DNA from: a virus
Lineage: Duplodnaviria; Caudoviricetes
DNA length: 64,000 bases
Virus record (IMG/VR): IMGVR_UViG_3300035208_003115
Reading direction: 5' to 3' (one strand)
Both the position numbers and the translations under genes were made by a program. Below the pieces are notes generated by a model. The model made no database searches. It was not told the DNA's origin and worked only from the letters and a program-made list of their open reading frames with translations. Within the stretch, counting starts at the first letter, position 1; every line of letters begins with the position of its first letter. Below, one piece after another: positions 37,394-47,387 of the stretch.

Positions 37394-40300
37394 AAGCGTT
37401 GGCTAACATGCCCTTTAAGTTGGCCCGGATATAATTGCGGGCTTCAGTATCTGTCGAGTATTTAATGTCGAAATCAAGTTCTATTCCTGGGGTTCCAGCG
37501 GCTTCGTCAATATATAGCTCATAGTTATTGTATCCTTGCGCACCAATAATATCACTTATTTCCTGCTTGATAAGCTGAGGATTGCCCTTGGTGCTAAATG
37601 GGTCAATTAGGGGCACATATGGTTTCCGCTTTAAGGCTTCTCCCTGTGTCTGCCACATATTGAAATCGTGCTGATCAAATCCTTCTTGGGTAACGGTTTT
37701 ATACTGAACATCTGAAAGGTTGACCGCAGGGTGCCAGCCTATCCACGATTCTCCCGGAAGATAATGATCCTGAAAATACTTCTCTAAGTTAGGGTTGGGG
37801 TCTACATCTTCTCCCCATTTGGCTTGTAGGAATCGTCTCATCCCCAGTGGGACCTTGGAAGCTATCTCATTTCGCTCTTCTGCTGGTGCCGTCATGAATG
37901 CATTAAAGAACTCACGCTGCTTTGTTGGAAGGGCTCTCATGATAGAGGCGAAGTCACCGTGAACATCGGCTCCGTACATCGTAGACTTATACTTTTCTCT
38001 AAAGCGAAGGGCGGCTCTAGCGAAACGAGTCGAGCTCTCGATGGCAGATTCAGCGGCATCCTCGGTCCACTTTTGCCGACTTAGAACTTGAAGAGCAGCA
38101 GAGAGTCCCCTCTTTTCTTCTCTAATCTTTTTACGGTTTTCAGGATCTTCTTCCTGAAGTTGAGCCAGGCTCTGTTCACCATACTTTTGAGTTATGGCTT
38201 CTTTAACTTCTTTGCGAGCGCGACGAGATGCCTCAAGAGTTTGAATAACCTTGGCCGGGTCAATCCCTTCTTTTTCAATAGCAAGATCCCTGGAATAAGT
38301 GTAGAGCCTGCGATATTTTAGATACTCGAGCATGTCATAGTACTGGTCGATATCCCATTGCCGTTTGCGATATTCGGGTATGGCCGCTCCCCAGTTACCT
38401 GCACCAGCCATGGCTCCACCAACTAAGCCCGCCGCTCCGAGAACTGTCTTGGCTACCTTTGAAGAGCCGAAGAGAGTAGCAACGAATCCTCCAACAAGAC
38501 CAGCTCCGACCGGGCCCATTCCTGCTATTTTGTGACCAATTGGCATAATAAAGTCACGGTATGGATGAGACCAGTCGGCTGAATCACGGCCATATAGTTG
38601 TGTTCTTTCCCACGACTCTAATGCACTCCGGTTTTGTAAAAACTTAGTATGTAGAGGAGTGTCAGCGTGGGAGAAGGTTTCCCATAAAGAACCAACAGCT
38701 CTTTCGAGCGGGTCATATTTAACCTTGTGATTTAGCGGAGAGTATACTTCTCCTGGCCCGGTTCTTTTGAACTCTCCCATCTTTTTCTTAATTAGGCTCT
38801 GATTAAGATCTCCGATAACGACAGGAACAGTGGGCAAGACAGTTGATGTCTTGGTGCGATATCTTGGGTCATCAAGAACCTGGATGCTGAGGCTCTTACC
38901 CCTTTCTAGATAGCTTTCTAGATATGACTCTCCCTTCCCTGTTATTCCTTTAACTCCAGCGAGGTCATATATCGTCCCCTTATCGCCCTCAACGGTAAAG
39001 CGACCCGCACCGAGATACTTTTCTACTGTAATTCTTTCTGAAGCTGTGTCCCCCGTAGTGAATGTTCGAGGCTTGAAGGAGTAACGCTTCTTCATTTGCG
39101 TTACTTCTTTCTTTAGATATTTCCTCTCTGCATCTGCTTCCGGAGTAAGCATTCCGGCCTTGGACATAGCCATGATATACTGTTGGCTAAATCTATATTG
39201 GCGACTATATGGGGCTACTCCACCGAGAATACGATATGTATCCATCATTGAGTAGTCTTCGTATTTACCTGCAGTAGCTCCAAGGTTTGCCATTCCTAGT
39301 TGTCTGGCAGCCTCAGTGATTCCCTCTCCTGGCTTATAGAATTTTTCATAACCTGAACCAGGAAGACGGATTTCTCCTAGTTCAACCTTGGAATACGGGT
39401 CTCCTTGGTGGAAATTGGTAAAGTAATCGCTCCCAGGCATCCACGCAGGCATTGTATTGGGGATGGGATTAACCAGTTCTATTTGACGTCTACGGTGAGG
39501 AATGAAACGCCGGAATAGTTCTGTCGTTCCAAATGGATCTCCAATATTAAGATCCCAGTAAGCTCTTTCTGCTCCCGCGATACGGTTTGCTGATTCTAGT
39601 TGGGGCTGTGTGAAAAAGTCTTGGTTGCCAGAAAGGCGAGAGTTCGCAGAGTTGACCATGAATCCATAGATACCGAGATATTCGGTTCCCCTATAGATTT
39701 GTTCACCGACCCTTCCTTTAATCGAGTCAGGAGCAATGGCGGCATCAGGAGGTAGCCCGCCAAGCCCAGCCGCGACACCATACGGTAACTGCTGCTCTGT
39801 TTCACCGGGGATATACTCTCCATTATATTTCTGAGGAAAGACAAAATCGTTATAGCCTCCGCCGGATCCAACTCCGGTTCCGCCTGGACCAGGTCCAATT
39901 CCTCCACCTGGAGTGATACCTCCAGGTCCGGGACCACCAACTCCATAGTATCCTGGTCGGCCGCCAGATCCATAAAGATATTCCGAGTGCATCATCATTG
40001 GTGGAGCTAGAAGTCCCCCAATCATTGGCCCCAAGAAGGGGAGGTCCTGTGCTCCAGATGTAACTATGGGGTAGGGTCTATCTTCATAGTGCTTGATTGC
40101 ATAGTGGTAAGGGTCAGCATAATTAGACCAGTATTCAAACTCTGATCCATATTGGACATCGGTAAACTCTGCGTGAGCCTTGTGTTTTTTATACCAATTA
40201 GGAGCGAAGTATTTGGGCTTCGTTCCTTCAAAGGGTGTTCCTCCAAACATCCACCAACGACCTGACCGAACCGGGACTCTCTTGTGTCCAAAGTATTCAT

Positions 40301-42368
40301 CATAGTAGTCGCTTCCCTCCATTGTGAGGGCTCGAGTTGATGCTCCTCCTAGGAAAGCAGAAGCGGCTAATCCCGAGAAGAACCCAGTCTTTCCTCCATA
40401 CGCTCCCGCAACAAGAGGAATCCCCATTCCGCGAATTAGAGACATACCAGAAGACGACGTAATTCCCGGCATTAGTTCTTCCAGGTATTTGGCCATATCC
40501 GTAATGCCGAGGGTATCTCTTAAATAAGCACTCCCCATATTAAATCCGGTGGCAGTATCAGCTAGGAGGTCACTGGGACCATATCCAAAAACTCCTCTAG
40601 TTAAATCATTCCCCGCAGAGACCAACTGATAGGAGGCATATAGGGGGAGGAATCTTTTGAAGAACATCTTCCAGACAACATCTGCAGCAGAATGTGTGGT
40701 TGCTGGATTAAAGTTGCCAAGACCAATGTCTTCCATAAGACGGGTCGGACGATTGAATAACCAAAAGGCAGTAGAGCCTGGCATGTCATGCTGCGGGACA
40801 AAAGCAAATGCTGTTTTAGACTGGAACTGTTCACCGCTTTTCTTTTTAAAGTTCTTAGATACAGCAGTAAAGACATCTTTGCCAGATGTAGAAGGCTTAA
40901 GTTCTTCGAACTCAGCCGTTCCGAGAGTTGCCTTATACATTGATTTAATGGCAGATAGAAGACCTCCCTTACCCTTGCGGTTGATGATCGGATGGGCGGC
41001 TTTTTCCCACCGAGAGGGATTTTCTGCAAAACCTGTTTTATGGAGAAACGGAATATCCATTTCGAGGGCGTTTAGTGTCTTCTGCCACCATTTATCATTC
41101 GGGGCATTGAACTTATATCCTCCCGTGTATTGGCGTTTGCGCGCTGTCTCTCCAAATACAGTTTCGTGATATATCGGATTAGTTCCCTTTATTCTCTTGC
41201 CCCTTATGTCTTTGGGGAATTCATAGCTCCCGGCCTCGATAAGGGAACCCTTGCCAATCTGTTTCCCGCTTGCAATATCAAATAACTTGCCTCCAACAAA
41301 TGCCGCTCCTTCTTTCCCAGCAGTTACTCCTGGGCCGATAGGTGCTCCGGCATTGAACTTGTGGAACTGAGTTCCTTGTTCTAGGGCTCCAATCCATTCG
41401 TCGGGCCTGAATAGTTTTATTGGGTTGTAATTAAAAATGGGGAGGTGAAAGTTATTCGTGAAACCGAGTATAGTATTAGATACCAGTTTCTTGGGTGTAT
41501 AGGCATTAAGATTTAGAATTCTGTTGGATACAGTGTCGAACATTACTCCCTTACCGAGACCCACGGAGGAGAAGTCTACACCTGCATTCCTAACTGCGGT
41601 TAGGCTGTCGATTGGACGACCGAGTCTAATCGCATCGGCGATAGTAGCTGAGCGGAGCCCATTCACCACTTCGAGATTAGTAATCCCATGTTTCTTGAAT
41701 AGAGTATTAACGGCCTGTTCGGTTGCCGTTCCCTTTAGGTCTACGTTACTAATCTCTTTTTGGATCCGGGAGATCATCCCTAAGTGACTTTGAACGGGAT
41801 ACTTGGCGGGCGCATTACTAAAAACATTTTGGGCTTGGTTGAGAGTCTTCTCAAACCTTGAGGCAAATCCTCCTATATTATTTAGTTGGGTTTCTTCTAC
41901 CGTCTTGGTGAAAGAAGAATACCATGGCCTAAATTGTGAGTCCATTCTAGCGACAGAGCGAGCCAGATATGGAGCGAGAGCTTTCCCCCCATAGTAGAGG
42001 GAACCCAAACCCGCCGCTGATTCTAGGAGACGAGAACTGAGAGATTTCTCTTCCCCAGATACAGCTTGTCTTTTTGTTTCGAGAGAACTATATATCCTGG
42101 CCGTTCCATAGGCGGCTCCACCCGCAAGTGCAGCCCCCATAACACTAAGGGTGGGGTTCTTGGAACGAGCGGCAGCATACCACGTGAGCCCAAGAATACC
42201 AGCTGTGGTTGTTGCCCCAATCCCGAGCTGTTTTAGCTGACGGGACTCTGCTTCTTCTGTACTAAGTTGTTCGCCTTCGCTGAATCGATTATTACGTAAG
42301 AATCCAGTAAGAGCACCTAGAGAAGTAGCAGCTAAACCTTGTGTAAGGAAGCTCTGTGGAATAGGCAT
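37383..42368 (-). CDS. Tape measure-like/ejected virion protein
   Basis: Directly follows the tail chaperones; 1661 aa, Gly/Ala-rich with several hydrophobic segments and a central Gly/Pro linker. Confidence 0.65.
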   Translation of the reverse strand: MPIPQSFLTQGLAATSLGALTGFLRNNRFSEGEQLSTEEAESRQLKQLGIGATTTAGILGLTWYAAARSKNPTLSVMGAALAGGAAYGTARIYSSLETKRQAVSGEEKSLSSRLLESAAGLGSLYYGGKALAPYLARSVARMDSQFRPWYSSFTKTVEETQLNNIGGFASRFEKTLNQAQNVFSNAPAKYPVQSHLGMISRIQKEISNVDLKGTATEQAVNTLFKKHGITNLEVVNGLRSATIADAIRLGRPIDSLTAVRNAGVDFSSVGLGKGVMFDTVSNRILNLNAYTPKKLVSNTILGFTNNFHLPIFNYNPIKLFRPDEWIGALEQGTQFHKFNAGAPIGPGVTAGKEGAAFVGGKLFDIASGKQIGKGSLIEAGSYEFPKDIRGKRIKGTNPIYHETVFGETARKRQYTGGYKFNAPNDKWWQKTLNALEMDIPFLHKTGFAENPSRWEKAAHPIINRKGKGGLLSAIKSMYKATLGTAEFEELKPSTSGKDVFTAVSKNFKKKSGEQFQSKTAFAFVPQHDMPGSTAFWLFNRPTRLMEDIGLGNFNPATTHSAADVVWKMFFKRFLPLYASYQLVSAGNDLTRGVFGYGPSDLLADTATGFNMGSAYLRDTLGITDMAKYLEELMPGITSSSGMSLIRGMGIPLVAGAYGGKTGFFSGLAASAFLGGASTRALTMEGSDYYDEYFGHKRVPVRSGRWWMFGGTPFEGTKPKYFAPNWYKKHKAHAEFTDVQYGSEFEYWSNYADPYHYAIKHYEDRPYPIVTSGAQDLPFLGPMIGGLLAPPMMMHSEYLYGSGGRPGYYGVGGPGPGGITPGGGIGPGPGGTGVGSGGGYNDFVFPQKYNGEYIPGETEQQLPYGVAAGLGGLPPDAAIAPDSIKGRVGEQIYRGTEYLGIYGFMVNSANSRLSGNQDFFTQPQLESANRIAGAERAYWDLNIGDPFGTTELFRRFIPHRRRQIELVNPIPNTMPAWMPGSDYFTNFHQGDPYSKVELGEIRLPGSGYEKFYKPGEGITEAARQLGMANLGATAGKYEDYSMMDTYRILGGVAPYSRQYRFSQQYIMAMSKAGMLTPEADAERKYLKKEVTQMKKRYSFKPRTFTTGDTASERITVEKYLGAGRFTVEGDKGTIYDLAGVKGITGKGESYLESYLERGKSLSIQVLDDPRYRTKTSTVLPTVPVVIGDLNQSLIKKKMGEFKRTGPGEVYSPLNHKVKYDPLERAVGSLWETFSHADTPLHTKFLQNRSALESWERTQLYGRDSADWSHPYRDFIMPIGHKIAGMGPVGAGLVGGFVATLFGSSKVAKTVLGAAGLVGGAMAGAGNWGAAIPEYRKRQWDIDQYYDMLEYLKYRRLYTYSRDLAIEKEGIDPAKVIQTLEASRRARKEVKEAITQKYGEQSLAQLQEEDPENRKKIREEKRGLSAALQVLSRQKWTEDAAESAIESSTRFARAALRFREKYKSTMYGADVHGDFASIMRALPTKQREFFNAFMTAPAEERNEIASKVPLGMRRFLQAKWGEDVDPNPNLEKYFQDHYLPGESWIGWHPAVNLSDVQYKTVTQEGFDQHDFNMWQTQGEALKRKPYVPLIDPFSTKGNPQLIKQEISDIIGAQGYNNYELYIDEAAGTPGIELDFDIKYSTDTEARNYIRANLKGMLANAYVS

Positions 42369-42371
42369 CTA

Positions 42372-43001
42372 TTATCGGCCTGGTGTCCTCTGTTTATACT
42401 TTTGCATTAGACTAGTGGCTCTTTCTTTGGCTTCATCAGCTAGTCGGCTCTCATCTTCGGGAGTTATTTCGTGGCGTCTTGACACAACGTTTCCATGAGC
42501 TTCAGGAATTGGTTGCTTTTCTTCGCCCGTAACATCGAGTCTTTGTCCCATTATTATTTCCGCTACAGCTAATAGACGGGCCAGTTCTTTATAGTTCTTA
42601 GCCTCTAGCTGTTCAATTGTATATGTCGGAAAAGCTTTTGAGATAAAAGCGATAATTTGTTCACTTAAAGTCTCTGCCAGAGCCCTTCTTATAGTTAATT
42701 CTTCGGCGAAATTCTTGATGTCGTAGAACCCAGATTTAAGAGCTATCTCAGAAACAATGGCGGTTACTTCTCCCGCATATAGATTATCAAGAGCTTCTTT
42801 GTCAGGATGGACGACGATGAAGTCTAAAATATAGTCTTCTGCAGCCGGAGTTACATATTCCCCCTCGCAAAGAGATGTAAAGGAATCGTATTCTGCTTTT
42901 GTCATTAACTTAAAATAAATATCTACATCAGACTCATTGACATGAATCTTATAGATTGAGCCGTGGCGTTTCTTTAATTCTATTTCTAGGGGAGTGGTCA
43001 T
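42372..43001 (-). CDS. Tail assembly chaperone, long form (GT-like)
   Basis: N-terminal half parallels 43071..43445 (LKKRHGSIY...VVHP...GEV...SGF), with an added C-terminal domain; precedes the tape measure gene. Confidence 0.7.
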   Translation of the reverse strand: MTTPLEIELKKRHGSIYKIHVNESDVDIYFKLMTKAEYDSFTSLCEGEYVTPAAEDYILDFIVVHPDKEALDNLYAGEVTAIVSEIALKSGFYDIKNFAEELTIRRALAETLSEQIIAFISKAFPTYTIEQLEAKNYKELARLLAVAEIIMGQRLDVTGEEKQPIPEAHGNVVSRRHEITPEDESRLADEAKERATSLMQKYKQRTPGR

Positions 43002-43013
43002 AGGATATCCAAT

Positions 43014-43050
43014 AAAAAGAAGGGGCCAAGCCCAGATGAGCTCAGCCCCT
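43014..43050 (-). terminator. Rho-independent terminator between the two chaperone genes
   Basis: AGGGGCTGAGCTC-ATCT-GGGCTTGGCCCCT stem (with G.U pairs) followed by TCTTTTT on the minus strand. Confidence 0.8.
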
Positions 43051-43070
43051 GATTTGCTTACGAAAGTCTA

Positions 43071-43445
43071 TTAGACTTCAGTAACTTCAACGGCCTTGCT
43101 GAAACCCGAGATTTCGAGAATCTGAGCGGCCAGCATTGGGACATAGCCGGTTGGCGATGTAGACGGGAAGTCGGTTGGCAGTTTAGGCCAAACAACCGCA
43201 GTCTCTACAATCTTTTCTTCAGCCATGTCATTGCGGAAACGTGGTTCAGTATTCTCGACTAGCTCTGCAATTCTACGATGTTCCTGGCGTCTAAGCCGAC
43301 GAACGTAAAAAACATCTGATGCTGGATCGTTCGGATCGAAGTTAACACGGTAAACTTTCCCGTATGTCGCCTTAAGCTGAGCGATATCTGGATCTGATGT
43401 TGCTGCTTGTGTTGCTGCTTGCACTGGCTTTTGTTCTTCTTGCAT
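43071..43445 (-). CDS. Tail assembly chaperone, short form (G-like)
   Basis: GGAGG-type RBS (AGGAG); LKATYGKVY...VRRLRRQE...VVWP...GYV...ISGF; located after the tube genes. Confidence 0.7.
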   Translation of the reverse strand: MQEEQKPVQAATQAATSDPDIAQLKATYGKVYRVNFDPNDPASDVFYVRRLRRQEHRRIAELVENTEPRFRNDMAEEKIVETAVVWPKLPTDFPSTSPTGYVPMLAAQILEISGFSKAVEVTEV

Positions 43446-43464
43446 TTCTATTTCCTCCTATTAT

Positions 43465-44367
43465 TTACAGCGGTGGTAACGGCGGTAAATCATTGCTATT
43501 ATCAGGTTTTAGTATAAACCGTGAAGGCACTCTTGTCAATGGAGAATCTAAGCCACGAGCGATAAAGCTATATACTTCCTGAATTGGTTCCCCAGTTGTA
43601 GCAGTCTGGAGAGCGTGCCCTGTTATGTGGACACTATTCAATATTTTGGCCGTATGGCTACTTATCCCTTCATCTTCTACGGGTCTTTCCTTGGCATAGT
43701 TTCCGAATGTTATTAAGACGTCAAATGGAGGTAGGTTATCTGGGGGAATAGTCGAATACTGCTCTTCCGGAGCATCACCTGCTCCCCAGAAGTATTGTTC
43801 GAGAAGATTTGCCTTGACACTGAAGTCTAACTCGTTTAACGAGTTATCGGTATCACCTGGGATATTAGTAAGCGGGCCATTAGGCCCTAGTGTTTTAAGA
43901 GAATTTCTCTTGTTATAGATATCGTCTAGAAAGCGCGCAAACTCATCGTGATCAATAGATCCAGGGACTCCGGGCCCCCCATCTTTAGACATAACTTGAC
44001 TATGTCTCAGGTATTCCGCGATAGCCATATTAAGATAGTTTGTATGAGTATAATTCATGGAAAAGGCACCGTTTATGAGCTGAGCACCTTTAGCAACCAT
44101 GTCAAACTTCTGAGACTTATATCCATAGAATGGGCGCTTAGTCTGCGTCATCTCGTATTGAATCATGGAGATATCAGATAACCATATATCACCCAGGAAG
44201 ATCGCGACCTGGCTTCCACAGAAATAGTCAGTAGAGTATCGTTCTATAAGGTTGTTATTAAGAGATCGATCTTCGAGAGCAGAGTTTCTATGAGGAGCCT
44301 CGGGACCGTTACGAAGAAACAAAGTGTTTCTTTTAAAGAGATCATCTAGATAGTTGTCGATTCCCAT
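43465..44367 (-). CDS. Tail tube-family protein 3 (tube initiator-like)
   Basis: YFCGSQV...I-x-Y...PFYGY...LPPFDVLITFG...EVYSFIAR, homologous to the tube gene. Confidence 0.65.
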   Translation of the reverse strand: MGIDNYLDDLFKRNTLFLRNGPEAPHRNSALEDRSLNNNLIERYSTDYFCGSQVAIFLGDIWLSDISMIQYEMTQTKRPFYGYKSQKFDMVAKGAQLINGAFSMNYTHTNYLNMAIAEYLRHSQVMSKDGGPGVPGSIDHDEFARFLDDIYNKRNSLKTLGPNGPLTNIPGDTDNSLNELDFSVKANLLEQYFWGAGDAPEEQYSTIPPDNLPPFDVLITFGNYAKERPVEDEGISSHTAKILNSVHITGHALQTATTGEPIQEVYSFIARGLDSPLTRVPSRFILKPDNSNDLPPLPPL

Positions 44368-45023
44368 TAGATATGCCCCGCAACTATCCGACCTGATCCA
44401 GAATCAAATTTGAATGCAGTATCGAGAACCAAAAGACCCGAATCTCGGATTGGCCCGCCCCCAAGACTCGGATACATCACATCTATATCCTCCGCCACAA
44501 AGCTATGAACCGATTCTGTAAAGATATCGTTAATAGACATGGTTTGACTTTCGTCAACCAGCCTAATTCCATAGACGTTTAGCTGAGCCTGATGTCCGTA
44601 TTCATTAATAAATACACAACTAACATCAAATGGAGTCATCTGGTCGCCCAGAAGAGAGTAACCCCGCTCTCCTAAGCTCATATCTAGCTTGGCCTTATGC
44701 TGAGCAACCTGCCACAAAGCATATCTATCAAATATCGTGAAGATCATCGTGCCGGCAATAGTTCTAGGCCCCGCGGTGAATCCTCTGGGATAAGTGAATC
44801 CCAAGGCTCTTACGGGGAATCTTTCTCTGTGGATTGAATAGGTAAGGGTAGATAGATTTCCAAAAGTAGTAGGAGCCTGTCCATCAGTATGAATAACAGC
44901 TCGCATATCACATCCCGAGAACGAGTTATTACGACGAGCATACTTCCACGAGGAGGGTTGTGGAAATAGATCGCTCTGAGCATTTCTAATGCTGTTTGCT
45001 AAATCATCAAACCATTTGGCCAT
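44367..45023 (-). CDS. Tail tube-family protein 2
   Basis: SFSGCDM...YSIHRE...RTIAGTMIFTIFDR...PFDV...MSINDI, clearly paralogous to 45121..45768. Confidence 0.7.
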   Translation of the reverse strand: MAKWFDDLANSIRNAQSDLFPQPSSWKYARRNNSFSGCDMRAVIHTDGQAPTTFGNLSTLTYSIHRERFPVRALGFTYPRGFTAGPRTIAGTMIFTIFDRYALWQVAQHKAKLDMSLGERGYSLLGDQMTPFDVSCVFINEYGHQAQLNVYGIRLVDESQTMSINDIFTESVHSFVAEDIDVMYPSLGGGPIRDSGLLVLDTAFKFDSGSGRIVAGHI

Positions 45024-45045
45024 GAGTTATTCCAGGAAGAAGGAT

Positions 45046-45086
45046 GGGTTGGCGGGGCGATCCCTTTTGAGACCACCCCGTTACCC
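45046..45086 (-). terminator. Stem-loop after the major tube gene
   Basis: CGGGGTGGTCTC-AAAA-GGGATCGCCCCG stem; pyrimidine-rich tail but no clean U-run. Confidence 0.55.
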
Positions 45087-45120
45087 GATACAGCAGAGCA
45101 ATACGGTGGGACTATATAGC

Positions 45121-45768
45121 TTAGTAACCTGTCTCGACTAGAGTCGGAATGTCTGCGAGGTTCACAGATCCATTCAGGTCTAGAATATCGATACCGGTTC
45201 TTCCGCCTTCATACGGTCTCCAGCCAGTATATTCACGCGCAACGTAGGTAAAGGCCATTTCGTTGACAATATCATCAACTGAAATACCGGAACCTTCGTT
45301 GAGTATTTCTACTCCGAGAATGGACATTGTAGTGACCTGTCCAACCTCGTTCGCGCCAGTGATTGTTACATCAAACGGAGGAATCTGGTCCGCATATGTC
45401 GGGGTTGCCAGGAACGCAATCGAGTTTGAGTCAATTTGGTCGATAGGCACTGGTGCCTGACCAAATACGCGCCGACGGACAAGATTTTCATCCGTGCGTG
45501 CAACGTACACTGACTTGTTCATGATGCGGTGTAAAGCATGTCTGTCGAAGAGAATAAATACCATCGACCCTGCAATACCCCGCTTGCCGCGAGAGAAGGA
45601 GGCTGGGTTAGCACTGCCCAGCACATAAATCGGAGCCTTCTCCCTCGTGATAGAATACGAGACGCCCTGGATTTCTCCAATACGCTCATTATCAATGTGA
45701 ACAACCATGTCCACACCGGAGAACGAGGTATACGTCTTCGTATACTGGGAGGTCTGTAGATCCGCCAT
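45121..45768 (-). CDS. Major tail tube protein
   Basis: Directly after the sheath; strong RBS (AAGGAG); followed by a hairpin; typical size; IGEIQGVSYSITRE...PIYVLGS motif. Confidence 0.8.
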   Translation of the reverse strand: MADLQTSQYTKTYTSFSGVDMVVHIDNERIGEIQGVSYSITREKAPIYVLGSANPASFSRGKRGIAGSMVFILFDRHALHRIMNKSVYVARTDENLVRRRVFGQAPVPIDQIDSNSIAFLATPTYADQIPPFDVTITGANEVGQVTTMSILGVEILNEGSGISVDDIVNEMAFTYVAREYTGWRPYEGGRTGIDILDLNGSVNLADIPTLVETGY

Positions 45769-45785
45769 GTGTCTTTACTCCTTCT

Positions 45786-47357
45786 TTATAGTGAAGACTT
45801 TAGGTTAACGGTGAATTTAATCTTACGCGTCTCGAATGCCGGGACAAGCGTGAGATTAATTCTCATCGTGCCTAAGGTCTTATCTAGATCGCTGGCTGTG
45901 ATTTCGAACTTGAAGCTCGTAAGAGCCGTGCCAACCATCTTGCGGTATGCTTTTTCGAGGGCTGTGTTCAACGCTGCCCGCATTGCATCGCTATTGGGCT
46001 CACCGATGAAGGGAGTTGCGATATCGCGAGTTACTTTCGCAACAGCCTTGACAATACGATGGGTCGAAAGACGAGCATAGCTGGACGACGGAAGAGCCGC
46101 CGTTGGTGCATCCGTTACTGTGACTGCATTGTTGACGATTTTGAAGGTGACGTACTTGACATTGGAACCCTCAGATGCGTCCCCTAGTGGTGTCCCGCCA
46201 TCGAGAAGGTCTAGCTGGCGGAGGGACTTCTTATAGCGAAGACCAAGAACACCAGAGATTCCCTTGTTTGTCGGGGCACTATGCGGAGGAAGCGAAGAGG
46301 TAAGAGCCGCATAAGCTGCCGCGCCACCTGTGTTAAGGGCAACCGCGAGGGCAGCATTCAGAGTCCCACCACTGAGTTCGTCGCCGGAAGTGTATCTACC
46401 AATTCCGATGTTAGCATAAGCTCCATTGGAATAGATGGGCTCTTCAGAAGCGATGCTGAGATATTTACCGATGTCAACTGCGTATCCATCACGATCTTCT
46501 AGAATTTCAGATTCAGCAATTGGAGGGAGCCCATACTCTTCTGAGCCAACGGCGAAGTTCGACTCGAAGAAGCCTGGAAGGACGCTATATCCGACAGTTC
46601 CGGAAGTGGCACCGACCATGTATGGTTCGCCAAGAAGACCCGTTCCATCCGTAACAACATAGTACGTATTCGTGATGGGATCGAGAGCTTTGACGGGCTC
46701 AGTTCCAACATATGCTGAAACACCCTGTAGGGTTCCAGACGCAGCCGGGGCGACGTTAATGACGCCATCGACTTCGTTATTTTGCGTAGACATCTCATAA
46801 CAGGCATGACCTAACTGATAGGCGAAGTTAGTGGGACGTCCGGAGACATCCGTTCCGTCTTCTCCGACTTCAGTAAAGGCTAGTGCGTCTGATGGATAGA
46901 GAATGTCTACATTGGTGTAGTCTTTGAGAAGTGAATAGGCATAGTTAAGAGCTCGGTAGTAGTTGTCGGTATTAATAGTATATGTACCGCTAACGCCTGC
47001 GGTGAAAAGATCATAGCTGACCAATGAATCGGGATCAGTGAATGAAGCTTCTCCCCACTTGCCGAGGTTAAACCCTGCCACACGGTTAGCGCCACCGCCA
47101 ATTAATTCATGCATTGCCTTGGAGATGGAGGAACCGTTAGAAGCGTAACCATATAGGTAATCGGCCTCACTTGGTTTCGTGAGACGAACGACCTGAAATG
47201 GATACTGCTGTAATCCGTTTGTTTCTGCTCTCGATGTGCCAGCAGCCGCGAAACCGATAGCGACGATAAGGTCGCCAGCTCCTTGGTTTTGCGAAACCGC
47301 CAGGCCGCCATCTACTAGCTCCGTCTCGAAGACGGGTAGATTCACAGACCGGGCCAT
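45786..47357 (-). CDS. Contractile tail sheath protein
   Basis: GGGAGG RBS; C-terminal LSTHRIV...FIGEPN...INLTLVPAFETRKI sheath domain. Confidence 0.9.
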   Translation of the reverse strand: MARSVNLPVFETELVDGGLAVSQNQGAGDLIVAIGFAAAGTSRAETNGLQQYPFQVVRLTKPSEADYLYGYASNGSSISKAMHELIGGGANRVAGFNLGKWGEASFTDPDSLVSYDLFTAGVSGTYTINTDNYYRALNYAYSLLKDYTNVDILYPSDALAFTEVGEDGTDVSGRPTNFAYQLGHACYEMSTQNNEVDGVINVAPAASGTLQGVSAYVGTEPVKALDPITNTYYVVTDGTGLLGEPYMVGATSGTVGYSVLPGFFESNFAVGSEEYGLPPIAESEILEDRDGYAVDIGKYLSIASEEPIYSNGAYANIGIGRYTSGDELSGGTLNAALAVALNTGGAAAYAALTSSLPPHSAPTNKGISGVLGLRYKKSLRQLDLLDGGTPLGDASEGSNVKYVTFKIVNNAVTVTDAPTAALPSSSYARLSTHRIVKAVAKVTRDIATPFIGEPNSDAMRAALNTALEKAYRKMVGTALTSFKFEITASDLDKTLGTMRINLTLVPAFETRKIKFTVNLKSSL

Positions 47358-47387
47358 TAAAATCCTCCCTGTGGTAACTAGTAGTTC

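Noticed and set aside
37410-37417. A-AAG-GGC heptamer near the end of the tape measure gene as a frameshift fusing it to the RNAP candidate
   Set aside because: A -1 shift enters a frame that stops shortly after; the RNAP ORF is in the +1 frame.
24139-47357. Bacterial contractile injection system or tailocin
   Set aside because: Terminase, portal, protease and capsid genes are contiguous with the tail genes, so this is a phage.
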